Below, in pieces: positions 61,401-64,000 of a DNA stretch of 64,000 nucleotides; position 1 is the stretch's first letter, and each line of letters opens with the position of its first letter. The stretch is from Spirogloea muscicola (taxonomy: Eukaryota): assembly GCA_009602725.1 (NCBI GenBank), contig WELB01000001.1, positions 1,334,660-1,398,659 of the forward strand. The letters are read 5' to 3'. The notes under the pieces were generated by a model. The model saw only the letters and a program-made list of their open reading frames with translations, did not search any database and was not told the origin of the DNA. Position numbers and translations under genes: made by a program.

Positions 61401-63225
61401 CCAGCCTAATTAGTGAGTAGTGGGAGTTGGAGAAAGGGGGGTGAGGAGAGGGGGGGGAGCGAGCGAGAGAGTGAGGGAGGGAGGGAGGGCTGCAAACGGC
61501 CAGCCCGACATACATTTCTGCTGGGGGGTCGGGGGGGTGGACTTGGGAGGGGGTTCCATGAAGTGCACACTCACAGCCACTCCGGTCTTCATAGGAAGTC
61601 CCATTCTGGCGCTACGGTTCAGTCTATGTTCCATTGATTACTTGAAGGTGAGATTAATAAGTTGACGGACTGCAAGCTTGCCTGACCAAGTGCAGCCACT
61701 GCAACCTCAGAATGGCACGTACATACCTCGTAATTAATACTAGGCATTCTGGCCCCTCACAGACATTGGCCAAAGGGTTGTGGAGGGAAGAGGTCTTTGG
61801 TATGATCTTAACACCCACCCCACCCCACTCCGCCTCCATATTCTCTCTATATCCAGGCGCTGATAGGGGAGGGACCAGATATTGTGCCCCCCGCTTCATG
61901 GGCTTTGTGAAAGGTCTCCAGCATCTTCTTGTTGCAGCTGCCTCGCTTTAATTGTCTTCCTAATGCGTGATATGTCTGTTGACAAATGCAAGGTTCACCA
62001 CCACCAAAGGCAGCTGGCTGGCCGCCAACAAGGGGTCCATATCAGATTAGCAGCAGTGTGCAAGTCTTTCTTTCTACATTTGGAACGACGTCGTGGTGTC
62101 ATACGTACGCCAGCTTTCACGCTCAAGGACTGTGGGCCAAGTAGGGACCTCAAATACTAAGAGTCTTCTGCAGTTGTCTTATGCTAGATATTGTGGTCAA
62201 GCCCTGCAACGTGTAAGTGTCTCCTGACTTCTCACCACCCATGCGCCTGAGTCACTGCCCTGAACGTTGTCAAGGTCTTTCCAGTCTGCGCTGCACGTGT
62301 GCTGCATGAAGAACGTCTGAAATTGCTGTAGTAGCCAAGCAGCAAGTGGCCAGGACCGCAGAAGATGGGGCAGGCTGGGCGGGGCGCTCCCTCGGTGCGT
62401 GGGACGCGCCCAGCTGACTCAACCCCTTCCGTTACTCTGCACTCGCATTCACGGCCACGTGTGCTTGGCCTCCACGTCGCCCATTGCCGGAAACAAGCTG
62501 GCGCCTCCACGTGACGTCCTCCGGGTCGTTACTGGATTTGATATGACGACAGGGAGGCTCTCTGTTTGTCGCAGGGAGTCTCACGTGCCCGCAATATTAA
62601 CAAGGCAGGTGTCCTACTGCGGCTAGGGCGGGCGCGTTCTGTAAAGGACATCCCACTGCTGTTCCCGGGTTGAGGTTGCGGGGCCCTCATGTCCTCTCTT
62701 TGGTCCAAGGCAAGCCCAGGAGCACAGTGTCCAAACGGCCTGCGGTACCCAGGGGCCAAAATCAGGGGCTTTCAGCGCCGGGCCCAGGCTCTGCTGTGCA
62801 CGTGCAATCGAGCGTCTGCCGCGTGCCGATCGTTAATTGGGCCACAAGGAGGCAAGCCGTTTCGCGGCAGGTGCGGACGGCAGGTGCCCGTCGCGGCGCG
62901 AGGAGCGGCGAGCGCTGGTTGGCGGGAAGCGCCGCTTCTGTGGCGAACAGGGCATGGGCGGGGGGGGGGGGGGGGGGCCGGGNNNNNNNNNNNNNNNNNN
63001 NNNNNNNNNGCGCTGGTTGGCGGGAAGCGCCGCTTCTGTGGCGAGCAGGGCATGGGCGGGCGGGGGGGGCTTCGTACAAGCGGTGCACACCGCCTCCCAG
63101 CCCGGCGGCGCGGAGGGACTCCCGGGGCTGCCGTGCGGGCCGCGACCGCCACGGGCGGGCTGACGGAGCCTCTGCCGGGCGGGCGGGCTGCGCCCCGCGC
63201 GTCGGTAGAGGAGAAGACATGAAAT

Positions 63226-63430
63226 AGCTCTTCCAATGCAACGCAAAGAGATTTGCGTGGATGGGAAATTGGAGGGCCAAAGTGGCCAAGTACAGCGGCA
63301 AGCACATCTGATGACGTACATTATCGACCCGCTCAGTAACCACGGGTCAGCACATAGAGGTCGCCAGTCGATGCGTGGATACCGGGTGGCGAATTCCAAG
63401 CCCTTCTGCCACCAACTGGCAATAGCTGTG
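63226..63430 (-). mobile_element. Diverged CRE subfamily C-like 3' fragment
   Basis: GIHASTGDLYVLTRGY*, then a GCGGGTC...TACTTGGCCACTTTGGCCCTCC UTR. Confidence 0.82.
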
Positions 63431-63779
63431 AGAGGCCAGCCCAGACGAGATGACCAAGATTTAAGAGGGCCGGAAGGCGCCAGCAACACGAGAGAAGCTT
63501 TCCGTGACTGCTGCGAGTCGGAGGAGAGGCCGCAGCTGCTCCGAATGCTCCAAAAACTCCAAATGTTCCAAATGCTCCAAATGGGGGCTCGAGGGCTGCG
63601 AAGAGCCAACACCGTGAGAGCACAGGCGCGGGAACGGCAAGGTGGCGTGGCATCATGGCGCGCAGGGCTCGCGCGGCAGCCGCCCGCCCGTATCTCCGCG
63701 CCGGCACCGGCCTGGGGGCTGGCCTCCCGCCGCCTCCCTCCCCCCCCACTCCCAGCGCCGCCGCCGCCGCCCCGACGCC

Positions 63780-64000
63780 ATGGCCGCCGTGGTGTGCTAC
63801 CGCGAGGTCCGCCCCCGCGGGCCCCTCCCACTGGACCGTCCGCTGCCGTACCTCACGCCCGCCATGCAGGCCGCCGCCTGGGGCTGCGTCGAGGTGCTCT
63901 CCAGTGGCGGCGCCTCCGCCGCCGCCAGCGGCAATGCCGCCGCCGCGGCGGCGGCGCTGCGGGCGCGCAAGCTGCTGCGCAAGAAGCGCGAGAAGCACGC
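63780..64000 (+). CDS. Probable first exon of an unidentified gene
   Basis: GCCATGGCC start context within a GC-rich island like the other gene starts; open to the window end (MAAVVCYREVRPRGPLPLDRPLPYLTPAMQAAAWGCVEVLS...). Confidence 0.4.
   Translation, partial: MAAVVCYREVRPRGPLPLDRPLPYLTPAMQAAAWGCVEVLSSGGASAAASGNAAAAAAALRARKLLRKKREKH

Noticed and set aside
62911..63060. ~50-bp direct repeat flanking a short N gap
   Set aside because: Typical contig-end overlap artefact next to a poly-G run.
63537..63582. 9-bp degenerate tandem repeat (GCTCCAAAT), and the (AT)n run at ~51256-51279
   Set aside because: Simple low-copy satellites with no further structure.

Overview
GC-rich, intron-containing eukaryotic genomic DNA with several N gaps. 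It is most likely from a streptophyte green alga (inferred from a plant-type U4 snRNA and from BPG2, NCL, SEC12/PHF1 and QCR10 homologues). Spliced genes in order: CCDC93 (+), SEC12/PHF1-like (-), Na+/Ca2+ exchanger NCL (+), a PHD-ELM2-zfCW-HA-HA chromatin protein (+), a monomodular NRPS with C*-A-T-C architecture (-), QCR10 (+), a bacterial-type DUF427 gene (-), U4 snRNA (-), BPG2/YqeH GTPase (+), a full-size ABCB transporter (+), an ARM-repeat protein with an internal TAG (+), and the probable start of an unknown gene. Regions upstream of genes are packed with at least five subfamilies of CRE-clade (RT + restriction-like endonuclease) non-LTR retrotransposons, while convergent 3'-3' regions are free of them. 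These include one near full-length frameshifted copy (~32.0-35.6 kb) and more than 25 5'-truncated pieces, some only ~20 nt, nested in one another and mostly sharing a terminal hairpin. Two further unexplained short dispersed motifs occur in the same regions. The main highlights are the NRPS and the apparent promoter-targeted, self-nesting CRE system. All family assignments come from motif recognition; no searches were run and exon boundaries are approximate.
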